A stretch of DNA of 64,000 bases from an uncultured Saprospiraceae bacterium (GTDB taxonomy: Bacteria; Bacteroidota; Bacteroidia; Chitinophagales; Saprospiraceae). Numbering within the stretch: position 1 is the first letter of the stretch; every line of letters begins with the position of its first letter. The stretch spans positions 9,379 to 73,378 of the forward strand of contig CALFUK010000016.1 of the NCBI GenBank assembly GCA_937929945.1, written 5' to 3'. The notes under the pieces are model-generated. The model made no database searches and was not told where the DNA came from. It saw nothing but the letters and a program-made list of their open reading frames with translations. A program made the position numbers and the translations under genes. Shown piece after piece: positions 9,523-18,305 of the stretch.

Positions 9523-10422
9523 ATGAAATATCGGAAACTGCCTCGGGCAGATATAGAAGTCAGTGAGCTGGGCTTTGGCTGCATGTCTTTAGATCTGAAG
9601 GCTGAAGGGACCGCCCAGCTGCTGCAGTAGGCAGTGCACCAAGGTGTGAGCTATTTTGACACCGCTGATCTGTATGACGCTGGGGAGAACGAAGCCGCTG
9701 TAGGCAGAGCGCTGAAAGCATACAGGCAGGAGGTGATTATCGCTACGAAGGTGGGCAATGAATGGAATGAAGATTTTACCTCATGGAGGTGGAATCCATC
9801 GAAAGGTTATATCCTGAAAGCTGTAGATGCCAGCTTGAATCGGTTACAAACGGATTACATTGATATCTATCAGCTGCATGGAGGCACCATTGATGACCCC
9901 ATAGATGAGGTCATCGAAGCCTTTGAACAATTGGTCTCCATGGGTAAAATTCGATATTATGGAATATCCTCGATCAGACCCAATGTCATCAATGCCTATT
10001 TGAAGTCAAGCCGCATCGTCAGTAATATGATGCAGTATAGTCTACTGGACCGCCGACCGGAAGGCCAGTGCCTGGATCAACTTCAGGAAGAAGGGGCAGG
10101 AGTCATGGTCAGAGGTGGAGTGGCTAAAGGACTTTTGATTGATAAAGAGCCGAAGGACTATCTTGGACATGGCGCAGCGGAAATTGAGAGGTATCAGAAA
10201 CAGTTTTCCACAGCTTTAGTTGGTGACCACAGCAGGCAAGAGCTGGCGATGAAGTATGTTCTCGCACACCCCGCAGTGAGCAGCTGTGTGCTGGGCATGA
10301 GAACGAATAATCATTTACAATCGGCTATAGCTGCTATTAATGGGGGTCCACTTCCACAGGATGATTACGAAAAACTGCAAGCCATCTTTCCCCAGCGGCA
10401 CTACGACAAACACTTAGTTTAA
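9523..10422 (+). pseudogene. Aldo/keto reductase interrupted by a single in-frame TAG (9628-9630); track ORF 9634..10422 is the C-terminal 262 aa
   Basis: Upstream in-frame ATG at 9523 encodes MKYRKLPRADIEVSELGFGCMSLDLKAEGTAQLLQ-stop-AVHQGVSYFDTADLYD, a canonical AKR N-terminus. Combined length about 298 aa matches AKRs. Confidence 0.6.
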
Positions 10423-10424
10423 GC

Positions 10425-11441
10425 TTAGGTTTTTAACACATCTATAGCCTGTGTGATAATTGCCTTTTTTTGGTTGATGCTGAGCTCTAAGGGTAGCTGG
10501 GCAATGCCCACCAGACGCCTGATGATCTCCACTGCAGCGAAGCGTTCCACGAGACTCCAGTCGATATCTTGATCCGTGAGGTAGTAAGATAAAAAGTTGG
10601 ATTCGCTGATATTGGATTGCTCTGATAATCTGAAGTGAGCGAGAATGACGGACAAGTCAAACTCTCTGGGTCCTACGAAACAAAACTCCGGATCCAAGAC
10701 ATACAGACCACCATCAGAATTCATCCAGCTGCCAGGGTAGAAGTCACCGTGGAGTAATGACGTACCAGGGGATAGGTACAGCTCGCCTAATTCTGCTGCC
10801 TGCTTGATAACGGCTGGCTCTGCATAGACCAGCTCTGCTACCGCCGTCAGTCCTGCTTGGATACTATCTAGCTCGAAACCATTATCGCTGCGAAAAGGCA
10901 GATCAAAAATGTGTTGGTGATTGAGCAGTCGCATCTCTTGATTATTGGGAAATGCTTCGGGCTCTATGCAGTGGAGTCGGCTGAGGAAATCTCCTAAAGA
11001 CCTGCAATTTTCTTCGGATACTTGCTGACCATTCTGATATAGATAGCTGAAGTCCTGAGTCTCGCCCAGATCCTCCATGATGAGGATGTATGCATCAGGG
11101 TTGTTGTCCAGCATCAGTGGCGCATTTTGTGATAGATGTGTGTCCCGTCTGATCTCTTCGTAGAATTTGGCCTCAATGATATTCCGCTCCATGGGAGCAT
11201 CGATCTGCGGATATTTTTCTACCCAGGGCCTGGCCTGCTTCAAGATGAGTGATTTACTACTTGTCTTCACTCGCACCACGCAGTTCATATTGCCCCCAGC
11301 TAAGGCATCAGCAGAGATGATGTGTTCACCACTTCCCATCAGGCCCCTGCTTGAGATATAGGCTGAGAGGCCATCTAGGTTATCAGCATCTAAGAAAAAT
11401 GTAGCAGGATAACGCTCCAAAAACCGATCTCTTTTGTCCAT
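10425..11441 (-). CDS. Phosphotransferase-family kinase (APH fold), methylthioribose-kinase (MtnK)-like
   Basis: GGNMNCVVRV resembles the MtnK GDGNLN ATP-binding motif, with APH-like catalytic region (HGDFYPGSWM). Track ORF extends to 11582, but that would overlap the divergent neighbour; Met at 11441 is the likely start. Confidence 0.5.
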   Translation of the reverse strand: MDKRDRFLERYPATFFLDADNLDGLSAYISSRGLMGSGEHIISADALAGGNMNCVVRVKTSSKSLILKQARPWVEKYPQIDAPMERNIIEAKFYEEIRRDTHLSQNAPLMLDNNPDAYILIMEDLGETQDFSYLYQNGQQVSEENCRSLGDFLSRLHCIEPEAFPNNQEMRLLNHQHIFDLPFRSDNGFELDSIQAGLTAVAELVYAEPAVIKQAAELGELYLSPGTSLLHGDFYPGSWMNSDGGLYVLDPEFCFVGPREFDLSVILAHFRLSEQSNISESNFLSYYLTDQDIDWSLVERFAAVEIIRRLVGIAQLPLELSINQKKAIITQAIDVLKT

Positions 11442-11513
11442 GTAATAACAAATATCTGATTTATCTGTGCTAATAAAGACCGGATTCAAGAGAGTATGTA
11501 TAAATTGATTTGC

Positions 11514-12452
11514 ATGAGACATTTTGTTTGGCTGCTGTACATCTGGATGAGCGTGTATTACCTTACTGGCTGCACGAATCATGGCACCGCCGTGGATGAA
11601 GGCATCCCCTTAATCATTGATGCGGATACGGCTAATGAGGTGGACGACTTGTTCGCGCTTGCATCGGCGATATTGGAGCCGCGATTCAATCTTTTGGGGA
11701 TCACGGCGGCGCAATTTCATACCTCACCATTAGCAAGTGATACGACGGTCTTGGAGAGCCACAGGATCAATCGGGAGTTATTAGCCTTGATGGATCGAGA
11801 AGACATCCCAGCACTGATTGGGAGCAACCAGCCCATCTCTGCTGATCAGCAGGAAGAGTTGTCACAGGCGGCACAGTTCATCATAGACCAGGCGCATCGC
11901 CATAGCCCAGAGCAGAAGCTTCACATCATCATTTTAGGTCCCTGTACGAATATAGCAGCGGCGATTCTTCACGATCCATCAATCATCAGTCACATCAGTG
12001 TACACTATTTGGGCTTCTGGCATGAGCCAGAGACGAATGTCTATGACCTGAAAGAATTTAACTCTGGCAATGATACGCTGGCTGTCAATCTCTTACTCAA
12101 TACTGAGGGATTAGAATTGGATGTGATGACGGCTACTACATCTCAGCACTTGGTGTTTGAGAAGAAGATCGTGGACCAGCACCTGAAGGGCCAGCAGGGC
12201 CTTGGTGAATACCTAGTGAATCGGTGGGACAACTATAATCGATGGTGGACCCGCAAAGACCCAGAGAAGCGAGAGTGGATCATGTGGGACGTGGCTATTG
12301 TGGAGGCACTCGCCAGACCCCATCTTAGTACGGTAGAGACCTTTACGACTCCACCTGAAAATACGAAACGCTACATTGGCATCCACACCAACATAGAGGT
12401 CGAAGAAATGGAAAAAGTCTTCTGGGATAAGTTGGATGAATTCATAAAATAA
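11514..12452 (+). CDS. Inosine-uridine preferring nucleoside hydrolase family lipoprotein
   Basis: IIDADTANEVDDLFALA = IU_nuc_hydro DXDXXXDD motif. Lipoprotein signal MRHFVWLLYIWMSVYYLTGC. Track ORF starts at 11496; start choice is uncertain. Confidence 0.8.
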   Translation: MRHFVWLLYIWMSVYYLTGCTNHGTAVDEGIPLIIDADTANEVDDLFALASAILEPRFNLLGITAAQFHTSPLASDTTVLESHRINRELLALMDREDIPALIGSNQPISADQQEELSQAAQFIIDQAHRHSPEQKLHIIILGPCTNIAAAILHDPSIISHISVHYLGFWHEPETNVYDLKEFNSGNDTLAVNLLLNTEGLELDVMTATTSQHLVFEKKIVDQHLKGQQGLGEYLVNRWDNYNRWWTRKDPEKREWIMWDVAIVEALARPHLSTVETFTTPPENTKRYIGIHTNIEVEEMEKVFWDKLDEFIK

Positions 12453-12560
12453 GTCTCTAAGGGTGGGTAAGGAAGAATTTTTCCCTGATCATTGATTTAG
12501 TAATATATCCGCCGTCAAAATAGAAAAAACCATAGCTTTGCCCCGAAATTTTCATTAGAG

Positions 12561-13904
12561 ATGGCTACACCGCAGACAGTTGCATTTCATACCTTAGGCT
12601 GTAAGCTGAATTATTCTGAGACCTCTACGATCCAACGCAAGTTCGAATCAGCCGGCTATGGAGTGAATCCCTTCTCAGATCCTTCTGATATCTATGTCAT
12701 TAATACTTGCTCTGTTACTGACTTTGCTGATCGGAAATGCCGCAAAGTGGTCCGAGATGCACTCAAGAGAAATCCGCAAGCCAAGGTGGTAATGATCGGC
12801 TGCTATGCACAGCTGAAACCCAAAGAAATATCAGAAATCCCAGGAGTGGATCTGGTGCTGGGCGCTGCTGAAAAATTCAACGTGCTCAACTACATCGACG
12901 AAATCAGCCAGTCGCCCGAAAAGGGATTGATTAAATCTTGCGATGTACAGACTGTACATGGTTTTGAAGCATCTTTCTCCTTTGGTGATCGGACCCGTTC
13001 GTTTCTGAAAGTGCAGGATGGCTGCGACTATAAGTGTAGCTTCTGTACCATACCGCAGGCGCGTGGTGCCAGCAGGAGTGCCCGCATAGAGAGCATCGTG
13101 GAGCAGGCTCGCCATATCGCTTCATTAGGTGTGAAAGAGATCGTACTGACGGGCGTGAACATCGGAGACTTTGGCCTGTATCAGTCTCCTGATGGCTTCA
13201 AGCGAGAGCAGAGCTTTTTAGATTTGATCACTGCACTTGACCAGGTGGAAGACATCGAGCGCTTTAGAATATCCTCCATCGAGCCTAATCTTTGTTCTAA
13301 TGAGATTATAGAATTCGTAGCTGGCTCGCAGCGCTTTGTCCCACACTTCCACATGCCGCTGCAGTCAGGATCTGACGAAGTGCTGCGGTCTATGAAGCGG
13401 CGATATAAGCGAGAGCTATATGCAGACCGCGTGGCCTTCATCAAGCGCCTCATGCCACACTGCTGCATCGGTGTGGATGTCATCGTGGGATACCCCATAG
13501 AGACGGAGGAACTATTTGAAGAGAGCTATGACTTTATCCATGGTCTGGACATCAGCTACCTGCATGTCTTCACTTACTCTGAGCGCAATAAGACACTCGC
13601 TGCTGAAATGCCTGACCAAGTTCCCGTGCACTTACGAAGGCAGCGCAATGAAATGCTGCGCATCCTATCCGATAAAAAGAAGCGAGCTTTCTACGAGCAA
13701 CATGTAGGTACGACTAGAAGTGTGTTATTCGAAGAGAGTAAGACAGAAGGCATGATGACGGGCTTCACTGATAACTATGTGAAGATAGAAACTCCTCTGC
13801 AGGCAGAACTGCTAAACGAAAGCCACCAAGTGCAGCTCCAAGAAATTAATAACGCAGGAACTGTTAGCTCATCTATAGTAAACGCGAGTGAGGTGACTCA
13901 TTGA
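12561..13904 (+). CDS. mtaB: tRNA t6A37 methylthiotransferase MtaB (radical SAM MTTase)
   Basis: N-terminal MTTase domain (AFHTLGCKLNYSETS), radical SAM CSFCTIPQARG, C-terminal TRAM-like region. 447 aa. Confidence 0.8.
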   Translation: MATPQTVAFHTLGCKLNYSETSTIQRKFESAGYGVNPFSDPSDIYVINTCSVTDFADRKCRKVVRDALKRNPQAKVVMIGCYAQLKPKEISEIPGVDLVLGAAEKFNVLNYIDEISQSPEKGLIKSCDVQTVHGFEASFSFGDRTRSFLKVQDGCDYKCSFCTIPQARGASRSARIESIVEQARHIASLGVKEIVLTGVNIGDFGLYQSPDGFKREQSFLDLITALDQVEDIERFRISSIEPNLCSNEIIEFVAGSQRFVPHFHMPLQSGSDEVLRSMKRRYKRELYADRVAFIKRLMPHCCIGVDVIVGYPIETEELFEESYDFIHGLDISYLHVFTYSERNKTLAAEMPDQVPVHLRRQRNEMLRILSDKKKRAFYEQHVGTTRSVLFEESKTEGMMTGFTDNYVKIETPLQAELLNESHQVQLQEINNAGTVSSSIVNASEVTH

Positions 13905-14061
13905 TAGTTTACTTTGCCTTTTACCGCTTTGCTACGAATCCTCTGTGTCTCTGCCTGATGTTGATAGGCTATTGAAAGGGGGACTTGCTTACAGATATTG
14001 AAATCATTTTGGATATCCAGAAGCTTTAGTTCATAGTTGTTCTCTTTTGCAAAGTTGTCAA

Positions 14062-14108
14062 TAGAAAAAGCCCGATTACAAACAACTGATAGCTGAAAAT
14101 ATCGGGCT
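14062..14108 (-). terminator. Putative rho-independent terminator for the tandem lipoprotein genes
   Basis: Minus strand: GCCCGAT..(27-nt loop)..ATCGGGC followed by TTTTTCTAT. The loop is long, so moderate confidence. Confidence 0.35.
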
Positions 14109-14138
14109 TCTATACTCTTGTCATATCTATCCAGATGC

Positions 14139-14507
14139 CTATCTGATGTTTACTTTACGCTTCACTTCTTCTGTATTTCCTTCGTTATCAAATGCAGTGA
14201 TAACGATCTCGAGATCCTCGACTAGAGCTGCCATCGGGTTTAGGGTAATATCGAAATCGAAGTTTGCATTAGCTGTCCCTCCGCCTCGTAAAGTCTCATT
14301 TAGACCTAAACTGGCTACATTAAACTGTATACTGCTGACCTCCACATCATCAGTCACTTGGCAAGCAATGAAAATGGTATCACCAGGTGCAAATACTTGA
14401 CCATCAGTTGGCGAATTAACTGTAAGGGTAAGGCCACTGTCTCCACCACAAGATTGAAAGAAAAAGGCTGTGACACATAGGCTGAGGATTGCTACTACTT
14501 TGTTCAT
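14139..14507 (-). CDS. Small lipoprotein, paralog 1 of a tandem pair
   Basis: Lipobox FQSCGGDSG. About 55% identical to the adjacent 14543..14923 product (shared GDSGLTLTV.SPT.GQ.FAPGD, SSIQF). Confidence 0.55.
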   Translation of the reverse strand: MNKVVAILSLCVTAFFFQSCGGDSGLTLTVNSPTDGQVFAPGDTIFIACQVTDDVEVSSIQFNVASLGLNETLRGGGTANANFDFDITLNPMAALVEDLEIVITAFDNEGNTEEVKRKVNIR

Positions 14508-14542
14508 TTGTTTTAATTGTTTAGAGGTTTAAAATCGAGTGC

Positions 14543-14923
14543 CTATCTGATATTTATCTTACGCTTTACTTCTTCCGTATTCCCTTCATCATCAAATGAT
14601 ACAACTACGATTTCGATATCGTCCTCTAAGGGCGTCATAGGGTCTATCGTGACATTGAGTAGAAAGTCTTCTCTTTGATTGAGCATGCCTGGAAACGTCT
14701 CATTGATGCCTAATCTTGAAATGGTAAACTGTATACTACTGATGGCTACATCATCGCTTGTCGTGCCAGCGATCGGTATGACGTCACCTGGAGCAAACGA
14801 TTGACCTTCGGTAGGCGTACTCACAGTTAGGGTAAGGCCACTATCTCCGCCACAAGACTGCAAGAAAAGGACTGCGATACATAGACTAAGAATAGTGATT
14901 GCTTTGTTCATCTGTTTAATCAT
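14543..14923 (-). CDS. Small lipoprotein, paralog 2 of a tandem pair
   Basis: Lipobox LQSCGGDSG. Conserved 3' flank GCCTATCTGAT shared with paralog 1, indicating tandem duplication. Confidence 0.55.
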   Translation of the reverse strand: MIKQMNKAITILSLCIAVLFLQSCGGDSGLTLTVSTPTEGQSFAPGDVIPIAGTTSDDVAISSIQFTISRLGINETFPGMLNQREDFLLNVTIDPMTPLEDDIEIVVVSFDDEGNTEEVKRKINIR

Positions 14924-15051
14924 ATTTTTAGATAGTAACGTCTCACAAAGTCAATCCATTGCTTACTTATTACTCTGAGTGAACTATTTCCTTTGTGGTA
15001 AAAAGCTCATAAATCAGTATCATGGTGCCCCATCAAACCTAAGCGCTATTC

Positions 15052-16302
15052 TCACATCGCCACGGCCTGCATCAGCTGCGCACAGATGATCGCTCCATAG
15101 GTACCCAGGGCGTAGCCCAAGACCGCCATCAGGACTCCGACGGGCGCCAGCGACGGGCTGAATGCTGATGCCACGACGGGCGCAGAGGCCGCTCCGCCCA
15201 CATTAGCCTGGCTGCCTACGGCCACAAAAAAGAAAGGTGCCTTAATCAGCTTAGCCACGATCAAGAGGATCGTAACGTGGACCAGCATCCAGATGATCCC
15301 CACGGCAAAGAGCCCCAAATTATTAAAGACTTCGCCGAGATTCATTTTCATGCCGATGGTCGCTACGAGTATGTAGATAAAGATAGAACCCCATCTGGAT
15401 GCGCCGACTCCCTCTAAGCGTCTGGCCTTAGTAAAAGAAAGTCCCAAGCCGATGGTAGTCGAGAAGACGATCAGCCAAAAGAAGGATGACATCAGTGAGT
15501 TTAGTCGGAAGCGATTCAGCGTTTCTTCATGTCCTGCCATCAGTGGTGTCATGATGTCTTTACCCCAATGCGACAGGGCGACTCCTCCAAAGGCGACAGC
15601 CATCAAGACAAAGGTGGTGGTCATGGTCGGCATGCGTTCCACGCCTTCTCGATAATCAGCCACACTTTGCTTTAGCTCCTCTATGGCAGAGGTGTCCGCC
15701 TTCAGCCAGGCATCGATCTTCTCACTGCGGCTGGCGCCATACAGCAGGAAGCCCAGCCAGATATTGGCGACGACGACATCGATGACGACCATAGTGCCAA
15801 AGAGATTGTCACCCACTTCATAGATCTCTTTCATGGCTGTCTGATTCGCTCCGCCACCGATCCAGCTACCCGCTACCGCAGAGAAGCCTCTCCAGATCTC
15901 GTCTGGATTCGCATCGATCACTCCAGGCGCTACGTAGGATACAATCAGTAAGGCCAGCGGTCCGCCGATGATGATCCCAGCTGTCGCTGCGAAAAACATG
16001 ATCAATGCCTTAGACCCCAAGTTTAGCACACCCTTAAAGTCGATGCTGATGCACAATAAGATAAGACTGGCTGGAAGCAGATACCTCGATGCTACGAAGT
16101 ACAGCCGTGACTCATCACCAGAGATGAGTCCCAGTGGCCAGTTACACAGCGCTGGTAAAAAGTAGCACAGAAGTAAGGCTGGCACCACTCGATAAAATTT
16201 TTGCCAGAAAGCTGTCTTCAATTCTGAAGTGTAGAATACGGCGGCTAAGATGGAGAGCAGTATGCCTAAGACGATGGCGTCATTGGTGAAAAATGGGGTC
16301 AT
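15052..16302 (-). CDS. Polytopic membrane protein, putative transporter (DUF819-like)
   Basis: 416 aa, about 11 predicted TM helices, Gly/Ala-rich. Family assignment is from memory only. Confidence 0.4.
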   Translation of the reverse strand: MTPFFTNDAIVLGILLSILAAVFYTSELKTAFWQKFYRVVPALLLCYFLPALCNWPLGLISGDESRLYFVASRYLLPASLILLCISIDFKGVLNLGSKALIMFFAATAGIIIGGPLALLIVSYVAPGVIDANPDEIWRGFSAVAGSWIGGGANQTAMKEIYEVGDNLFGTMVVIDVVVANIWLGFLLYGASRSEKIDAWLKADTSAIEELKQSVADYREGVERMPTMTTTFVLMAVAFGGVALSHWGKDIMTPLMAGHEETLNRFRLNSLMSSFFWLIVFSTTIGLGLSFTKARRLEGVGASRWGSIFIYILVATIGMKMNLGEVFNNLGLFAVGIIWMLVHVTILLIVAKLIKAPFFFVAVGSQANVGGAASAPVVASAFSPSLAPVGVLMAVLGYALGTYGAIICAQLMQAVAM

Positions 16303-16522
16303 AAGTCTAAAATAAGAGACTCCCCTGAGAATGCAGCGTAATTCTGCTTTCTGAAGCTAAATATTTTAGTAGCGGCCTTCATATATTATGATGATGATCA
16401 TCAATTCTATAAGTAATGATTCGTCTTTACCTTCGGTTGATTTGATAAGCTTAGATACGGGGGGATAGTTTTTTTCTTATAGCTATGTAGCAAGATGCTG
16501 GTCAGACCTTATACCGAAATCT

Positions 16523-17755
16523 CTAATATAAGAAGCCAAAGAGCCATAGCGGAATCTGTCTTCCTCTACCTATTTCAATACCATCTGATGCAATTAGGTA
16601 ATCCTTGAGGTGTTTGACTTGAGTCGCTTTTTTATTTTTACCTCCTACCTCAATGGTGAGATAATCATCGACTAAGAAGTCGCCTTTAGTGGGCAGGCTT
16701 ACACCATGTTGATATTTTAATTGATTAAAAACAAAAGTCTCTCTGACATGCCCCAGCTCCGTATTATTCTCAGCAATGGCAAAGAGCAAATTTGTATTTT
16801 CAAGATATACTTTGTCAGGCTTTTGCAACATAGAAATGCCTTTTTGAGGGGTCGAAAGTAAGCTGACTAATTGTGCAGATTCTAGATAATGAAAGTAGTG
16901 AACCAGGATATTTCGATTGAGTCCGATGCGCTCACTCAGTTTTGAAATATTTGGTTTGAATGGGACAGAAGAAGATATCGCATAGAGTAGCTTCGCTATC
17001 TTAGTAGCATGAGTGACATTGTAGCCTTCCAAGTATTTCAGATCCACTTCCAGGATCATTTTGATGGTTTGATTTAGCTTGACACCATAGACCGCTGTAC
17101 CTTCTAAAAAGTAAGGATAGTATCCGTGACGGAGATAGTCTTGAAAAGCAGCTAATGGCTTGAGCTGCTTCACTATTTCTGAAGCAATAGTAAGGTGGTT
17201 ATCTAACAAATCAGATAGTGAATAGGTCCTGAAAGCCTTCCCTTGGGTAAAAGCTAGATACTCTCTAAATGATAAGCCCTGCATATGATAAATGACAGCC
17301 CTTCTGCTGAGATCAGCCTGCGCATTTAGAATTTGAATGATCGACGAGCCAGTAAATACCATATACAGCTCTGGATAGTAATCATAGGCATTTTTAATTT
17401 CGATTGACCAATTATCGTACTTATGGACTTCATCCAAGTAGAGGTATTTACCACCATACATGACAAAGCTTTCAATGAACTCTGTCAATTTGTGATCAGC
17501 AAAATACAAGTCATCTAAGTTGATAAAAGCGACGGACTCATTCAGCTCTCTATTTAGTTTGATGTGTTGCAGCAGCATCGTGGTCTTGCCAACACCCCTT
17601 GTTCCTTTGATGGCTATCAGTCGCTGACTCCAATCAATTTGGCCCATCAATTCTCTAGTAATTGAAGTGTTTATTTGATTGATTCTGACTTGGCTTCTGC
17701 GTAGTAAGCTATCCATATGATATCCGATAATACGAACAAAGTGAGCATTATGCAA
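16523..17755 (-). CDS. AAA+ ATPase, AAA_14 + DUF4143 (COG1373) family
   Basis: Walker A GTRGVGKTT, Walker B LYLDEVH. C-terminal DUF4143 region with a putative PD-(D/E)xK-like D..EVGGK. Confidence 0.75.
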   Translation of the reverse strand: MHNAHFVRIIGYHMDSLLRRSQVRINQINTSITRELMGQIDWSQRLIAIKGTRGVGKTTMLLQHIKLNRELNESVAFINLDDLYFADHKLTEFIESFVMYGGKYLYLDEVHKYDNWSIEIKNAYDYYPELYMVFTGSSIIQILNAQADLSRRAVIYHMQGLSFREYLAFTQGKAFRTYSLSDLLDNHLTIASEIVKQLKPLAAFQDYLRHGYYPYFLEGTAVYGVKLNQTIKMILEVDLKYLEGYNVTHATKIAKLLYAISSSVPFKPNISKLSERIGLNRNILVHYFHYLESAQLVSLLSTPQKGISMLQKPDKVYLENTNLLFAIAENNTELGHVRETFVFNQLKYQHGVSLPTKGDFLVDDYLTIEVGGKNKKATQVKHLKDYLIASDGIEIGRGRQIPLWLFGFLY

Positions 17756-17828
17756 CTCTAAGATTGCATTTTATATGAAAATTGCTATTTCATAATGGCA
17801 TTTTAAAGATTCTGATTTACGAAGGGAC

Positions 17829-17863
17829 ATAAAAAAACCCTTATCAGATATCTCTGGTAAGGG
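17829..17863 (-). terminator. Rho-independent terminator downstream of the small ORF 17887..18126
   Basis: Minus strand: CCCTTACCAGAGATATCTGATAAGGG hairpin (11-bp stem, one G-U) followed by TTTTTTTAT. Confidence 0.6.
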
Positions 17864-17886
17864 TCTTAATCAAATGTCTGTTTCGA

Positions 17887-18126
17887 TTACTGCAGCTTAG
17901 CCTCTAAGGCTGTGATGTTACTATACACCATCAGCTCTGAGATGACACTGGCAGAAGGCAGAAAGCTCACCTTAGGTAAGCGCTTAAAAGCCTTCATCAG
18001 GCTCTTATACTCCTTCCAAAGCGTACTATCCTCTTGGATCGCATGCTCCATCTCCAAGTGCTCAAGTGGAGCCGCATCTTTGTAAATGAATCGAATGATT
18101 TGATTTTGAGTGTAAGCTTTCTCCAT
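17887..18126 (-). CDS. Hypothetical small protein (79 aa)
   Basis: ORF ends about 25 nt upstream of a strong intrinsic terminator. No recognisable domain. Confidence 0.35.
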   Translation of the reverse strand: MEKAYTQNQIIRFIYKDAAPLEHLEMEHAIQEDSTLWKEYKSLMKAFKRLPKVSFLPSASVISELMVYSNITALEAKLQ

Positions 18127-18305
18127 ATAGTGAGTTTAATTGTAAAAAAATAAGCATAGTCCATATAAAACATTGATTATTCCGAATTATTGTATTGTTA
18201 AGAGAATCACAGACAGAATGCCAATCGGATAAAAGCAACAGGATCAAGACATTACTCGTGAATATTAGTCAAAATACTTACATTACATATGCTAATAAAT
18301 AATGT

